Source: Mobula hypostoma (Eukaryota). From it: a stretch of 64,000 nucleotides of DNA. The position numbers and the translations under genes were made by a program. Shown here piece by piece: positions 38,349 to 51,500 of the stretch. Below the pieces are notes generated by a model that ran no database searches, was not told the DNA's origin, and saw nothing but the letters and a program-made list of their open reading frames with translations. The stretch's first letter is position 1. Each line of letters opens with the position of its first letter. Where the stretch lies: positions 14,758,001 through 14,822,000 of the forward strand of contig NC_086109.1 in NCBI RefSeq assembly GCF_963921235.1. Reading direction: 5' to 3'.

Positions 38349-40134
38349 AATAGACAATAGGTGCAGGAGTAGGCCATTCAGCCCTTTGAGCCAGCACCGC
38401 CATTCACTGTGATCATGGCTGATCATCCACAATCAGTATCCAGATCCTGCCTTATCCCCATAACCTTTGATTCCGCTATCTTTAAGAGCTCTATCCATCT
38501 CTTTCTTGAAAGCATCCAGAGACCTGGCCTCCACAGCCTTCTGGGGCAGAGCATTCCATACATCCACCACTCTCCGGGTGAAAAAGTTTTTCCTCAACTC
38601 TGTTCTAAATGGCCTGCCCCTTATTCTTAAACTGTGGCCTCTGGTTCTGGACTCACCCATCAGCGGGAACATGCTTCCTGCCTGCAGCGTGTCCAATCCC
38701 TTAATAATCTTATATGTTTCAATAAGATCCCCTCTCAGCCTTCTAAATTCCAGAGTATACAAGCCCAGTCGCTCTAATCTTTCGACATATGACAGTTCCG
38801 CCATCCCAGGAATTAACCTTGTGAACCTACGCTGCACTCCCTCAATAGCAAGAATGTCCTTCCTCAAATTTGGAGACCAAAACTGCACACAGTACTCCAG
38901 GTGTGGTCTCACCAGGGCCCTGTTCAGCTGTAGAAGGACCTCTTTGCTCTTATACTCAATTCCCCTTGTTATGAAGGCCAGCATGCCATTAGCTTTCTTC
39001 ACTGCCTGCTGTACTTGCATGCTTGCTTTCAGTGACTGATGTACAAGAACACCTAGATCTCGTTGTACTTCCCCTTTTCCTAACTTGACTCCATTTAGAT
39101 AATAATCTGCCTTCCTGTTCCTAGCACCAAAGTGGATAACCTCACATTTATCCAGATTAAACTGCATCTGCCATACATCTGCCCACTCACCCAGCCTATC
39201 CAAGTCACCGTGCATTCTCATAACATCCTCCTCACATTTCACACTGCCACCCAGCTTTGTGTCATCGGCAAATTTGCTAATGGTACTTTTAATTCCCTCA
39301 TTTAAATCATTAATATATATTGTAAACAGCTGCGGTCCCAGCACTGAACCCTGAGGTACCCCACTGGTCACCACCTGCCGTTCCCAAGTTTCAATCCATG
39401 TCAGTACTCTGCCCCCAATACCATGTGCCCTAATTTGCCCACTAATCTCCTCCGTGGGACTTTTTGTCAAAGGCTTTCTGAAAGTCCAGGTACACTACAT
39501 CCACTGGCTCTCCCTTGTCCATTTTCATACTTACATCCTCAAAAATTCCAGAAGATTAGTCAAGCACGATTTCCCCTTCGTAAATCCATGCTGACTCGAA
39601 CCGATCCTGTTACTGCTATCCAGATGTGTCATAATTTCATCTTTTATAATTGACTCCAGCATCTTTCCCACCACCAACATCAGGCTAACCGGTCTATAAT
39701 TCCCTGTTTTTTCTCTTCCGCCCTTCTTGAAGAGAGGGACAACATTAGCCACCCTCCAATCCACAGGAACTGATCCTGAATCTATAGAACATTGGAAAAT
39801 GATTACCAATGTGTCCATGATTTGTAAAGCCACCTCCTTAAGTACCCTGGGATGCAGACCATCAGGTCCCGGGGACTTATCAGCCTTCAGACCCAACAGT
39901 CTATCCAACACCATTTCCTGCCTAATATAAATTTCCTTCAGTTCATCCATTACCCTAGGTCCTTTGGCCACTATTATATCTGGGAGATTGTTTGTGTCTT
40001 CCCTAGTGAAGACAGATCCAAAGTACCTGTTCAACTCATCTGCCATTTCCTTGTTCCCCATAATAAATTCACCCGTTTCTGTCTTCAAGGGCCCAATTTT
40101 GGTCTTAACTATTTTTTTCCTTTTTACATACCTA
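38349..40134 (-). mobile_element. Relatively young 5'-truncated CR1 LINE
   Basis: ORFs 40088-39531 and 39470-38433 with KSPGPDG, NYRPVSL, GVPQGSVLGP, KFADDTK and RPHLEYCVQFW. Frameshift near 39540, small internal deletion near 39385, and a CTATTGT-type tail. Confidence 0.9.
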
Positions 40135-40199
40135 TTCAGAATGAAGTGTTCTGCTAAAATTACATTGCATGGATAACATTTGAGAATATTTCCCTCCAG

Positions 40200-41175
40200 C
40201 TCACGGTTACTGAGTTAGCCACAGTCTAGTCGGTGACCAAGGGTGTTCCTCAGGAATCTGTTCTGGTACCTTGGCTGTTTGTGCTTTTCATAAATGACTT
40301 GGATGAGGAAGTGCAAGGGTGGGTTTGCAAATGACACGGAAGTTGGTGTTGCTGTTACACTGTTGAAGTTTGTCATTGGTTAGTAATGGATGCAGAGCTG
40401 GGCTGAGGAATGGCAAATGGAGTTCGGTCCTGAAAAGTGTGAAGTAATGTACTTTGGAAGGTTGGACTTCAAGACAGTGTACGGGGGTTAATGGCAGAAT
40501 TCTTAGCAGTGTGAAGGAACAGCAGGATATTGGGGTCCACGTCCACAGTTCCCTCAAAGTTGTCGTGCAAGTTGTTAGGGTAGTTAAGAAGGCGTGTTGG
40601 CCTTCATTATTTGGAGGGGGTTTGAGTTCAAGAGCAGCAGGTAATAAAACTCTGGTATTGTGTTCAGTTCTGGTCACCTCATTATAGGAAGGACGTGGAA
40701 GCTTTAGAGACAGTGGAGAGGAAACTTACCAGGATTCTGCAGGATTAGAGACTATATCTTTTGAGGAAAGGTTGAGCAATATAGAGCTCTTCTCCTTGGA
40801 GTGAAAGAGGATGAGAGGTGACTTGATAGAGGTGTACAAGATGATAAGAGGCATAACTCAATAGCCAGCACTTTTTTTTCCCAGATTGGAAATTGATAAT
40901 ACAAGCGGGCATAATTTTCAGGTAACTGGAGGAAAGTACGGTGGGGGGAGGATGTCAGAGATAGATTTTTTTTTACACAGAGAGTGGTGGCTGCTGGGGT
41001 AGTGGTAGAGGCAGATAAAATAAGGATGTTTAAGAGCCTCTTTGATAGAAACATAGATGAAGGAAAAATGGAGGGTTATGTGGGGGGAAGTATTAGGTTG
41101 GTCTTGGAGCAGGTTAAAAGGGTGGCACAACATTGTGGGCCGAAAGGCCTGAACTGAGCTATACTGTTCTATGTT
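40200..41175 (+). mobile_element. Old CR1 fragment
   Basis: Degenerate GVPQ.SVL, KCEVMYFG and RMRGDLIEVYK motifs and a CR1 3'UTR. Confidence 0.75.
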
Positions 41176-41847
41176 CTTTTCAAACCAGGTTTCAGGTTTA
41201 ACCCAGTGTGAGTTCCAATACGCAACCTACTGACAGTATGTTTTGTCTGCACTAAGATGCTTCATGACCAATCCAGTCTGAACTTATTCCTCTAGATGGC
41301 AATCTATATCAGCTCAGCCAGATACCACTGCAATTACAACACTGGAACTCCTTAAATTAAACAGGGATTCCTCATCGTTTATTTTATTGAAAGCTTTCTC
41401 GTCATGACCTGTAACCCATGCTTTCTTCCAGTTCTTTTTCCTTCTGAGTTTCTAAGAATCAATTATCAGGCGTCATTGCAATTGATGGGATCCTGAAACA
41501 CATTATAGTCAATCGAGAAAGTCGTCTTTCCTTGAATGAAGAATGCACCCCAGACAATTAGCACAAAGCAAGCTCCCACAAATAGCCGTATGGAATTGCG
41601 GTTCAGGTATATAGACCCTGAGGTTATCTGAAGTAAACCGTATGGTACTTTGGTCTGCAGAGCAACTTTGGTTTGCGGCTAGCATATCCAAGAGTGCAGA
41701 GTTTCTTCAACAGTGAACCGAAGAACGCAGATGATGAGACACTCTGAGCAGGTGATATGTTGAATTCCAACCTACTGACTAAATGATGCAAAAACTAAAG
41801 TAATGGAAATATGTTGCAGTGTCTGACTTAACACTGGGGTTAACAGT

Positions 41848-42650
41848 CAAAGATTCAAAGTACATTTATTATCACAGTACGTTTGCAGTATACAACCCTG
41901 AGATTTGTCTTCCTCACAGACAGTCACAGAACAAAGAAAACCTTTGAACCCATTCAAAGAAAAACAGCAAACCACTCCCAAGTGCAAACTAAAACAAATC
42001 ACGCAACCGGTACTGAAAAAAAATGAGTGAGAAAACACAGACCATAAGACACAAAATTGAAAAAGAGTCCAGGTGTACTCAGTTCAGCTCAGTGTTCGTT
42101 ATTTGCAGGCTGCCCTGATTCAAAGTTGTGCAAGATAGCAGGAAAAACAGGAGAAACCAGAAAAGAGAAACACATCGCAACAGGAATACAGAGTCCAATC
42201 CACAAACTGTGCCAATTAAACCTTGCCTAAGAACTCTGGCAACATCCCCTGACAGCATCGAGGGAGAGAGAGACCATCAAACGCAGACACCTTGCTCCGG
42301 CAGCAGCAAGTGAGAGGCTGGAGATGACACTGAACGCCTTCTCACCTTCCACTCTTGCCTCGATGATTCCAACTTTCCTGGACTTTAATCGGTGAGAAAT
42401 GCCGTCTCCAGGCATTTTGGCTTTGAGGCCGCACGCATCGTTTGAAGCCTCCCGGAACACCCTCAGAGACAGCAAAGCACCAGATACCTCAATAGGCCTG
42501 ATAACGCCACCAAAATGTAGATCACAGGCTCCAACAATAGTGCAACCACATTTGAAATAAAAAGATGCAAACCAAGTGAAATAGGTAGTTTATTGAACTG
42601 TCCGGAGGATGTTAACCTTGGTTGCGTTGTTTGGCTGGCGCCATCTTCTT
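41848..42650 (-). mobile_element. Non-LTR element, same family as 8030-8420
   Basis: Shared 3' sequence and a TTGAATC-like tail. Confidence 0.5.
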
Positions 42651-44009
42651 CTGGAACCTTCTCTGGGACACCTGACCCTGCAGCGCTTGGAGAAGCAACT
42701 ATAACGTAGAAGACAGAACATAGGGCAACATAGCACAGTACAGGCCCTATGACCTGTGCCAACCTTATAACCTACTCCAATACCAACTTAACACTTCATT
42801 CCCACATCGCCCTCCAGTTTTCTTTCATCCATGTGCCTGAGAGTCTCTTAAATCTTCCCAATGTATCTGCCACTACCCGCCCCTAGGCAGCCACTGCTCT
42901 GTGTAAAAAATTCTACCCCTTACATACCCTATGCTTTCCTACTCTAACATGATGCCCCCTCATATTAACCTGGGTAAAAGGCACTGGCTGTCCACTCTAT
43001 CTATGCCTCTTATCATATGATACACATCTTCAGAACCATTTTTTGTTGTTCTATATTTTTTTGACTTTTAAAAAGGGAAAAATAAATCAATACTGCCAAT
43101 ATGTGATACAAACTTTTGTTTAAAGGTCTCAGGTGATATATAAAACAGGGGTTACCCAATGTGGTTCAAGGAAACTTTCGAATGATTGAAAATTTGTAAC
43201 CTTGAAGGCTGGTGTTTGGTTGTTTTGATTCTCAGCACAAAATGCAGGCAAGGGCTGGATGGGTGTGGTCAGAGAGGAGAGTCCTTTCGGACACAGCTGC
43301 GGGTTCTGAATGTAATGGCTGGTACGCCTGAGGACAAGTGATTAGAGAGGCAAGTGGAATATGCCTCCTATAATTTCCTTGTGAAGTAGAAAGAAATAAA
43401 AGCGTGTTTATTGTTACAAAGGTCCAGGCAACGGAGACCGACTCTCCGCCATCAGGTTTCTGAACGGTCCGTGAACACTACCTCGCTCTTCCTCATTTAC
43501 ACTATTTAGTTATTGTAACGTATAGTCCTTTTTATGGTTTGCACTGTATGCAGATAAAAAAAAACAAACCCCAATATATTTTGGTGACAGTAACCCGAAT
43601 CTGCTGAGTACGAAGATGTCAGCTATTGCTGGATTAACAATGTATCTTTCCTCCTGATTTACAATGCAATACAACCCACCCCTCGCACCCTCATATCAGC
43701 TGTAACTCTACTGAAAACACCGCTGCTGCTGGTCTTTGTTTCTCCATCAAGGCAGGCATGGTTCTCTCTCAGGGCTACAGTGAATTCCTGTGACGAAAAT
43801 AGAGGCTCACACTATTGAAGGTGTTGGCGGGTGGATAGGCAAATACCTATTTGCGTTCTCGTGCATATAAAAACCACAGCGCTAAAAAAACAAACCGGGG
43901 ATTTGAAAACGCAAACACGAGGAAATCTGCAGATGCTGGAATTTCAAGCAACACACATCAAAGTTGCTGGTGAACGCAGCAGGCCAGGCAGCATCTCTAG
44001 GAAGAGGTA

Positions 44010-44047
44010 CAGTCGATGTTTCGGGCCGAGACCCTTCGTCAGGACTA
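44010..44047 (-). ncRNA. Minimal type-I hammerhead ribozyme motif
   Basis: Minus strand reads tagtc CTGACGA a gggt ctcg gccc GAAAC ATC gactg. Confidence 0.7.
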
Positions 44048-45768
44048 ACTGAAAGAAGAGCTAGTTAGAGATTTGAAAGTGGGAGGGGGAGGGGGAGATC
44101 CGAAATGATAGGAGAAGACAGGAGGGGGAGGGATGGAGCCAAGAGCTGGACAGTTGATTGGCAAAAGGGATATGAGAGGATCATGGGACAGGAGGCCTAG
44201 GGAGAAAGAAAAGGGGGAGGGGGGGAAAGCCCAGAGGATGGGCAAGGAGTATAGTGAAAGGGACAGAAGGAGAAAAAGGAGAGAGAGAAAAAGAATGTGT
44301 GTATATAAATAAATACCGGATGGGGTACGAGGGGGAGGTGGGGCATTCGCGGAAGTTTGAGAAGTCAATGCTTATGCCATCAGGTTGGAGGCTACCCAGA
44401 CAGAATATAAGGTATTGGTTGTTCCTCCAACCTGAGTGTGGCTTCATCTTGACAGTAGAGGAGGCTGTGGATGCCAAGCTCGTTGACTTCATTAACTTCG
44501 CCTCCAACTTTCACCCTACCCTCAAGTTTACCTGGTCCATTTCCGACACCTCCCTCCCCTTTCTAGATCTTTTTGTCTCTATCTCTGGAGACAGCTTATC
44601 TACCCATGTCTACTATAAGCCTACTGACTCTCACAGCTATCTGGACTATTCTTCTTCTCACCCCATCTCTTGCAAAAATGCTATCCCCTACTTGCAATTC
44701 CTCCGTCTCCGCCGCATCTGCTCTCAGGATGAGGCTTTTAATTCCAGGACGAAGGAGATGTCCTTTTTTAAAGAAAGGGGCTTCTCTTCCTCCACCATCA
44801 ACTCTGCTCTCAAACACATCTCCCCCATTTGATGCACATCTACTCTCACTCCATCCTCCCTCCACCCCACTAGGAATAGGGTTCCCCTTGTCCTCACCTA
44901 CCACCCCACCAGCCTCCGGGTCCAACATACTATTCTCTGTAACTTCTGCCACCTCCAATGGGATCCCACCACTAAGCACATCTTTCCCTCCCCCCCCCAC
45001 TGTTTTCTGCAGGGATCGCTCCCTACGCAACTCCCCTATCCATTCGTTCCCCCCCACCCAATCCCTCCCCACCAATCTCCCTCCTGGCACTTATCCTTGT
45101 AAGCGGAACAAGTGCTACACATGCCCTTACACTTCCTCCCTCACTACCACTCAGGGCCCCAGACAGTCCTTCCAGCTGAGGCAACACTTCACCTGTGAGT
45201 CGGCTGGGGTGATATACTGCGTCCGGTGCTCCCGATGTGGCCTTCTATATATTGGCGAGACCTGATGCGGACTGGGAGACCGTTTCGCTGAACACCTACA
45301 CTCTGTCCGCCAGAGAAAGCAGGATCTCCCAGTGGCCACACATTTTAATTCTACATCCCATTCCCATTCTGACATGTCTATCCACAGCCTCCTCTACTGT
45401 AAAGATGAAGCCACACTCAGGTTGGAGGAACAACACTTTATATTCCGTCTGGGTAGCCTCAAACTTCCGCTAATGCCCCATCTTCCCCTCCTACCCCATC
45501 CAATATTTATTTATTTATATACACACATTCTTTTTCTCTCTCTCCTTTTTCTCCCTCTGTCTTTCTCACTATACCCCTTGCCCATCCTCTGGGCTTCCCC
45601 CCACCCCCATTTTCTTTCTCCCTGGGCCTCCTGTCCAATGATCCTCTCATATCCCTTTTGCCAATCAACTGTCCAGCTCCTGGTTCCATCCCTCCCCCTC
45701 CTGTCTTCTCCTATCATTTTGGATCTCCCCCTCCCCCTCTCACATCTCTTACTAGCTCTTCTTTCAGT

Positions 45769-45806
45769 TAGTCCTGACGAAGGGTCTCGGCCCGAAACAT
45801 TGACTG
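45769..45806 (+). ncRNA. Minimal type-I hammerhead ribozyme motif
   Basis: tagtc CTGACGA a gggt ctcg gccc GAAAC ATT gactg. Confidence 0.65.
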
Positions 45807-46236
45807 TACCTCTTCCTAGAGATGCTGCCTGGCCTGCTGCGTTCACCAGCAACTTTTGTGTGTGTTGCTGGGTATTTGATTTGACGGAAGCGACACATGC
45901 ATTGTATGTTTCCATGCACATGTGACAAAGTTCATCTTTAATCTTTATGTCACTGAGTCATTACAACAATGGTGCTTGGTTGCAGAAATGCACAATGGAT
46001 AGCTTGGTAACGCTCAACCTCATTGGCTGTGGGGATGCTCTGTGACATCATATTATCATGGAAAGTATAAGTATTGAACATTATTGTAACGTACTTTGCA
46101 AGATACACACTTGCTCTTGCATACTATTCATACAAATCAAATTATTGCAGTGTATTGAGGTAGAACAAAGTAAAACAATAAAAATGCAGAATACAGCATA
46201 ACAGATACCAACAAAGTGCAGAGCAAATAACGATAA

Positions 46237-46940
46237 CACTGGACAGCAAATATTTGGTTTTTTGAATAGTTTTGAGTGTATCTTATGGATTTTGAGCTGC
46301 TGATCATGAAAATCACCATGAAATTCCCCTATTGAGCACCATGTTTTTGAAATTGCCTATATTTGTTATTTCAATTCATAATTCAAGTCAGAATAACTGA
46401 TGCCAAGATTAAGGCAGGCATTTTCATTTGTCCACAAATCAAACAGGTCATCAATGTTAGGCAATTCAAATAACTTCTAGTGCGGCCAGAGAAAATCACA
46501 TGGAAGGCATTCAAGGATGTTGTTGAAACTTTTGGCAAACTCAGAGCACCAAATTACTGAAGCTGGTTGACAACATGCTTTAAGCAATATGTAACTAAAG
46601 ATTCATTTTCTGCATTCCCATTTAGACTTCTTCCCTGCAAGAGTTGATGCTGTCAGTGACAAGTACCGTGAAAGCTTTCACCAGGACATTGCAGCCATGG
46701 AGAAACAGTATCAGGGAAATTGGAATCCATCAACGCTGGCTGATTACTGTTGGACATTTAAGAGAGCAGCCTCAGACACTAAATACAAATGAAAATCACC
46801 AACAAAACACTTTTAGTTTAGTTGAACTATTTCAAAGTGTCAGCACTGTTATGCAATTAAATGCATTATATTCAATAAAACTTAATTTCTTGTTTCTCCA
46901 AATTCCTACATGATAAAAGTATCTGAAATTATATTTGTGC
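46237..46940 (+). mobile_element. DNA transposon relic, probably CMC/Chapaev-like, internally deleted
   Basis: Starts CACTGG. Translated remnants DAKIKAGIFICPQI and LKIHFLHSHLDFFPARVDAVSDKYRESFHQDIAAMEKQYQGNWNPSTLADYCW. Superfamily assigned from memory of the motif. Confidence 0.55.
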
Positions 46941-47954
46941 TCAATGAATTCCACATACACACCACTCTTTGACTATAGAAATTCCTCCTCATCTCTGTTC
47001 TCAAGAGACACCCCTCTATTCTGAGGCTGTGCCCTCTGGTCCCAGACTCTACAGCTATTGGAAACCTCTCCATATCCACTCTACCTAGGTTTTTTAATTT
47101 TTGGTATCGGAAAAAAAATTTTGGTATCCTTTTTTATTTTACTGTCCAACTTACTGCCATATTTCTTCTTTTCTCTCCTTATTGTTTTTCTAGTTGCCTT
47201 TGTTGGTTTTTAAAAGCTTCCCAATCCTCCAGCTTCCCAGTATTTTTTTGCTATAGTGTATGCCCTCTCTTTTGCTTTTGTACCGTCAGCCATGGTTGCC
47301 TCAACCTCTCTTTAGAATGCTTCTTCTTTGGGATGAACTCTTCCTGTGTCTTCTGAGTTATTTCCAGAAACTCCAGTTATTGCTGCTCTGCTGTTATTCC
47401 TGCTAGTGTTCCCTTGCAGTCAATATCCACTTCACTGATTCCAGGGCACTGAGCTGGATTGACATACTTGGATATATTCATGTTACTAATACATATAGAG
47501 ATTCAGCAGATGTTGGAAATCTGGAGCAATATACACAAAATGCTGGAGGAACTCAGCAGGTCAGGCAACATCTATGGAGAGGAATAAACAGTCGATGTTT
47601 CACCAGGACCATTTTGTTTAACTCCTGAACAATAAACATAATCAAAACAATGAATCCTGATCATCTTTCAGCCAACTCTTCATTTTTCAGGCAATATGCA
47701 TCTCTCTTGAGGACTCACCCCCTGGTTGATTAATATTCCAGAGGGAGATTAGGGAACATCAGTGGTGACATTGATTGAAGAACCAGAGAAGGGCTGGAGG
47801 GTGTAGAAAACAACTAGTCAGAAAGATGAAGCTGGAGAAACAGTAGACAGCAGATACTGAATTATGGTGGAACAAATAATCTGCAGGTCGAGCAGCTCCT
47901 TGGGAGGAAAGGAAGTCATTGTTTCAGGTTGAATTTCTCCCATCAGTTCTGGGG

Positions 47955-48155
47955 AGGCACAGTAGCGTAGTGTTATTACAGTGTCAGCAACCAAGGTTTA
48001 ATTCCCACCACTAACTGTTAAGTGCTGTTCATTCTCCCTGCGACTGCGCGTGTTTCCTCTGGGTGCTCCGGTTTCCTCTCACATCCCAAAGACGTACAGG
48101 TTAGTAGGTCACGGGGATGTGATTGGGCCTGTCACCGTGCTGTATCTCTAAATAA
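47955..48155 (+). mobile_element. V-SINE
   Basis: Core gtttcctctgggtgctccggtttcctctcacatcccaaagac. Confidence 0.7.
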
Positions 48156-48529
48156 AAGAAAAATCAACAGTTCCTTTCCTTCTGCTGATGATTCTCAACT
48201 GACCGAGTTCTCCAGCAGATTCTTGCTGCAGAGGCAGGAACATTCCTGAAAACAGTTGATGTATTCTTTGCTCTCTGAACGACAAACACCAATAAAATAC
48301 TGACACCTGATCAAACATGAACTGGCTCCCCTAGTCTGTGACAGGGAACCTATTAAAGCACATCTCAAAGCGACCCAAGGAGCTGAGAGAGAATGATCTC
48401 ACTGCTGACAGCATCAATCGTCCCACAGGAAGCAGAGCAAATGGAAATAAAAACAGACCATGACCATCTCCATGAAGTTGATTTAATGTCACTTTAAATC
48501 AAGCCAGCATAATACTATTACAGCGCCAA

Positions 48530-51500
48530 TAAGACCATAAGACATAGGAGCAAAATTAGGCCATTTGGCGCATTAAGTCTGCTCCGCCATTTCATCATGG
48601 CTGATCCATTTCCCTCTCAACCCCCATCTCCTGCCCTCTCCCCATAACTTTTCATGCCCTGACTAATCAAGAACTTACTAACCTCTGCCTTAAATGCACC
48701 CAATGACCTGACCTCCACAGCCATCTGTGGCAACGAATTCCACAGATTCACCACCATCTGGCTCAAGAAATTCCTCCTCATCACCATTCTAAAGTGGCAT
48801 TCCTCTATTCTGAGGTTGTGCTTTCCCACACCATAGGAAACATCTTCTCAACATCTCTATTAAAGCTTTTCAACGTTCAATAGGTTTCAATAAGATTCCC
48901 CTCTAAATTCCAGTAAGTAAATGTCCAGAAACATCAATTGCTCCTTAATATGATAAGCCTTTCATTTCCAAAATCATTTTCGTGAACCTCCTCTGAACCC
49001 TCTCCAAAGTCAGCACGTCCTTTCTTAAATAAGGGGACCAAAGCTGCTCACAATACTGTGAAGCCTCACTAGTACCTTATGAAAGCCTCCTTGTAATCCT
49101 CTTGAAATAAATGCTAATATTGCATATTTACCTTCCTCACCACCAACTCAACCTGCAAATTAATCTTTAGGGAATCCTGCAGAGGTATTCCCAAGTCGCT
49201 TTACACCTCAGATTTTTAAATTTTCTCCGTTTAGAAAATAGTCTATGTTTTTGTTTTTTCTATAAAAGTACATGACCATACACTTCCTGACACTGTATTC
49301 AATTTACCACTTCTTTGCCTATTCTCCTAATTTGTCTAAGTCCTTTTGCAGCCTCCCTGTTTCCCCAATACTACCTGCACCTCCACCTATCTTCATATCA
49401 TCTGCAATCTTGGGAACAAAGCCTTCAATTTCATCATCCAAATCACTGACATACGAAGTGAACAGAAACAGTTCCAACACTGACCCCCGTGCAACACCAC
49501 TAGTCACTGGCAGCCAATCAGAAAAGGCCGAATTTATTTCCACTCTTTGCCTGCCAGTCAGCCAATCTTCTATCCATGCTAGTATCTTTCCTCTAATACC
49601 ACCGGCTCTTATTAATCAGTCTTACGTGTGGCACCTTGTCAAAGGCCTTCTGAAAATCCAAGAACACAACATCCACCAATTCTCCTTTGTCTATCCTGCT
49701 TGTTATTTCCTTGAAGAATTCTAACAGATTTGTCAGGCAAGATTTTTCCTTAAGGAATCCATGCAGACTTTGGCCTATTTTACCACGTGCCTTTAAGTAC
49801 CCAGAAACCATATCCTTAACAATCAACTCTAATATCTTCCCAACTACTGAGGTCAGGCTAACTGACCTATAATTTCTTTTCTTCTGCCTTCCTCTCTTCT
49901 TGAAGAGTGAAGTGACATTTGCAATATTCCAGAATCATGCCATTCTTGAAAGATTACCAATAAGCACCATGACCTCTTGACCAAGCTCTTTCAAAACCCC
50001 AGCATGTAGACCATCTGGTCCTGGTGGCTTATCTACTTCTACCTTTCAGCTTCCCAAGCAACTTCACCCTAGCAATAGAAACTACACTGACTTCTGCCCC
50101 CGACACCAAAAACTTCTGGCATACTTCTAGTGTCTTCCACAGTGAAGAATGAAGCTAAATATATGAATGATTTTTTAGATAAGTTAGACTTCCCTCTGAT
50201 TTCACAGGATATGTCTTCTTTATTAGATACTTCCATTACAATGGATGAGATTAAGAATGTTATTTTTTCTATGAATCTGGGGAAAGCTCCTGGCCCTGAT
50301 GGGTTTACCGTTGAATTTTATAAATGTTTTGCTTCTTTATTGATTCCTTGGCTCTATAAGGTTTTTGAGGCTTCTTTGAAACTTGGTAAACTTCCGGAAT
50401 CTTTTAATAGAGCATCAATTTCTTTAATACTAAAGAAGGATAAAGACCCTGCTCAATGTGCATCTTATAGACCAATATCTTTATTAAATGTTGATTCTAA
50501 AGTTTTTTCTAAGTTATTAGCAAATAGACTAGAAAAAGTACTTCCTTCTATTATTTCGGAAGACCAAACGGGTTTTATTAAAGGTCGTTACTCTTTTTAT
50601 AATATTCGTACATTGTTAAATATCGTTTATACTCCCTCACAAAATGTTCCTGAGTGTGTTATTTCTTTAGATGCCGAGAAAGCTTTTGATAGAGTAGAAT
50701 GGCCTTATTTATTTAAGGTGCTTGAAATGTTTAATTTTAGCTTGAAATTTATATCCTGGATTAAACTGTTATATTACTCCCCTGTAGCCTCGGTTCGTAC
50801 TAACTCCTTAAACTCACCTTTTTTTCCTCTCTTTCGTGGTACTCGACAAGGCTGTCCTCTTAGTCCCCTATTATTTGATATTGCATTAGAACCTCTTGCA
50901 ATTGCTATTCGAGAATCTTTAAATATTACTGGGATAACTCGGGGATTAAAGTCCCATAAATTATCACTCTATGCTGATGATTTACTTTTATATATTTCTA
51001 ATCCTGAGAGATCCATTCCTGCTGTTTTAGAGTTATTAGCACAATTTGGTCTTTTCTCAGGTTATAAATTAAATCTTAGTAAGAGTGAACTTTTTCCGAT
51101 TAATAAACATCTTCCCTTATATTATAAATTTCCATTTAAATTGATTAATAATTACTTTTCATATCTTGGGATTAAAATTACTTGTAAACATAAAGATTTA
51201 TTTAAGACTAACTTTTTACCATTAATAGACCATATTACTCAACTTTCATCTAAATGGTTTCCCTTATATTTAACTTTGATTGGTCGTATTAATGCAGTTA
51301 AGATGTTTTTTTTGCCAAAATTTTTATATGTGTTTCAGGCATTACCAATTTTCGTTCCTAAATCTTTTTTTGATAAAGTTGACTCTAAAATTTCTTCATT
51401 TATTTGGCAGAACAAGAATCCGAGACTGGGTAAAATACATTTACAGAAAGCTAAGAGAGATGGAGGTTTAGCATTACCTAACTTTAGATTTTATTATTGG

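Larger units (their letters stand above)
43907..45869. mobile_element. Palindromic Neptune-type Penelope-like element with partial RT and GIY-YIG endonuclease (decayed)
   Basis: Plus arm from about 44471: HPTLKFT...LPFLD...YYKPTD...LRLRRICS, Cys linker CKRNKCYTC and VIYCVRC..C.LLYIGET. Inverted arm 43907 to about 44472. TSD GGGGATTTGA (43897-43906) / GGGTATTTGA (45870-45879). Confidence 0.88.

Noticed and set aside
44254..45925. Functional RT/endonuclease gene
   Set aside because: Stops and frameshifts are present, the RT core is missing, and the ORF N-terminus comes from the inverted arm.
50130..50155. Start of the 841-aa ORF as a real gene start
   Set aside because: The first codons come from the flanking CR1 and the TSD; the L1 is 5'-truncated and lacks its endonuclease.
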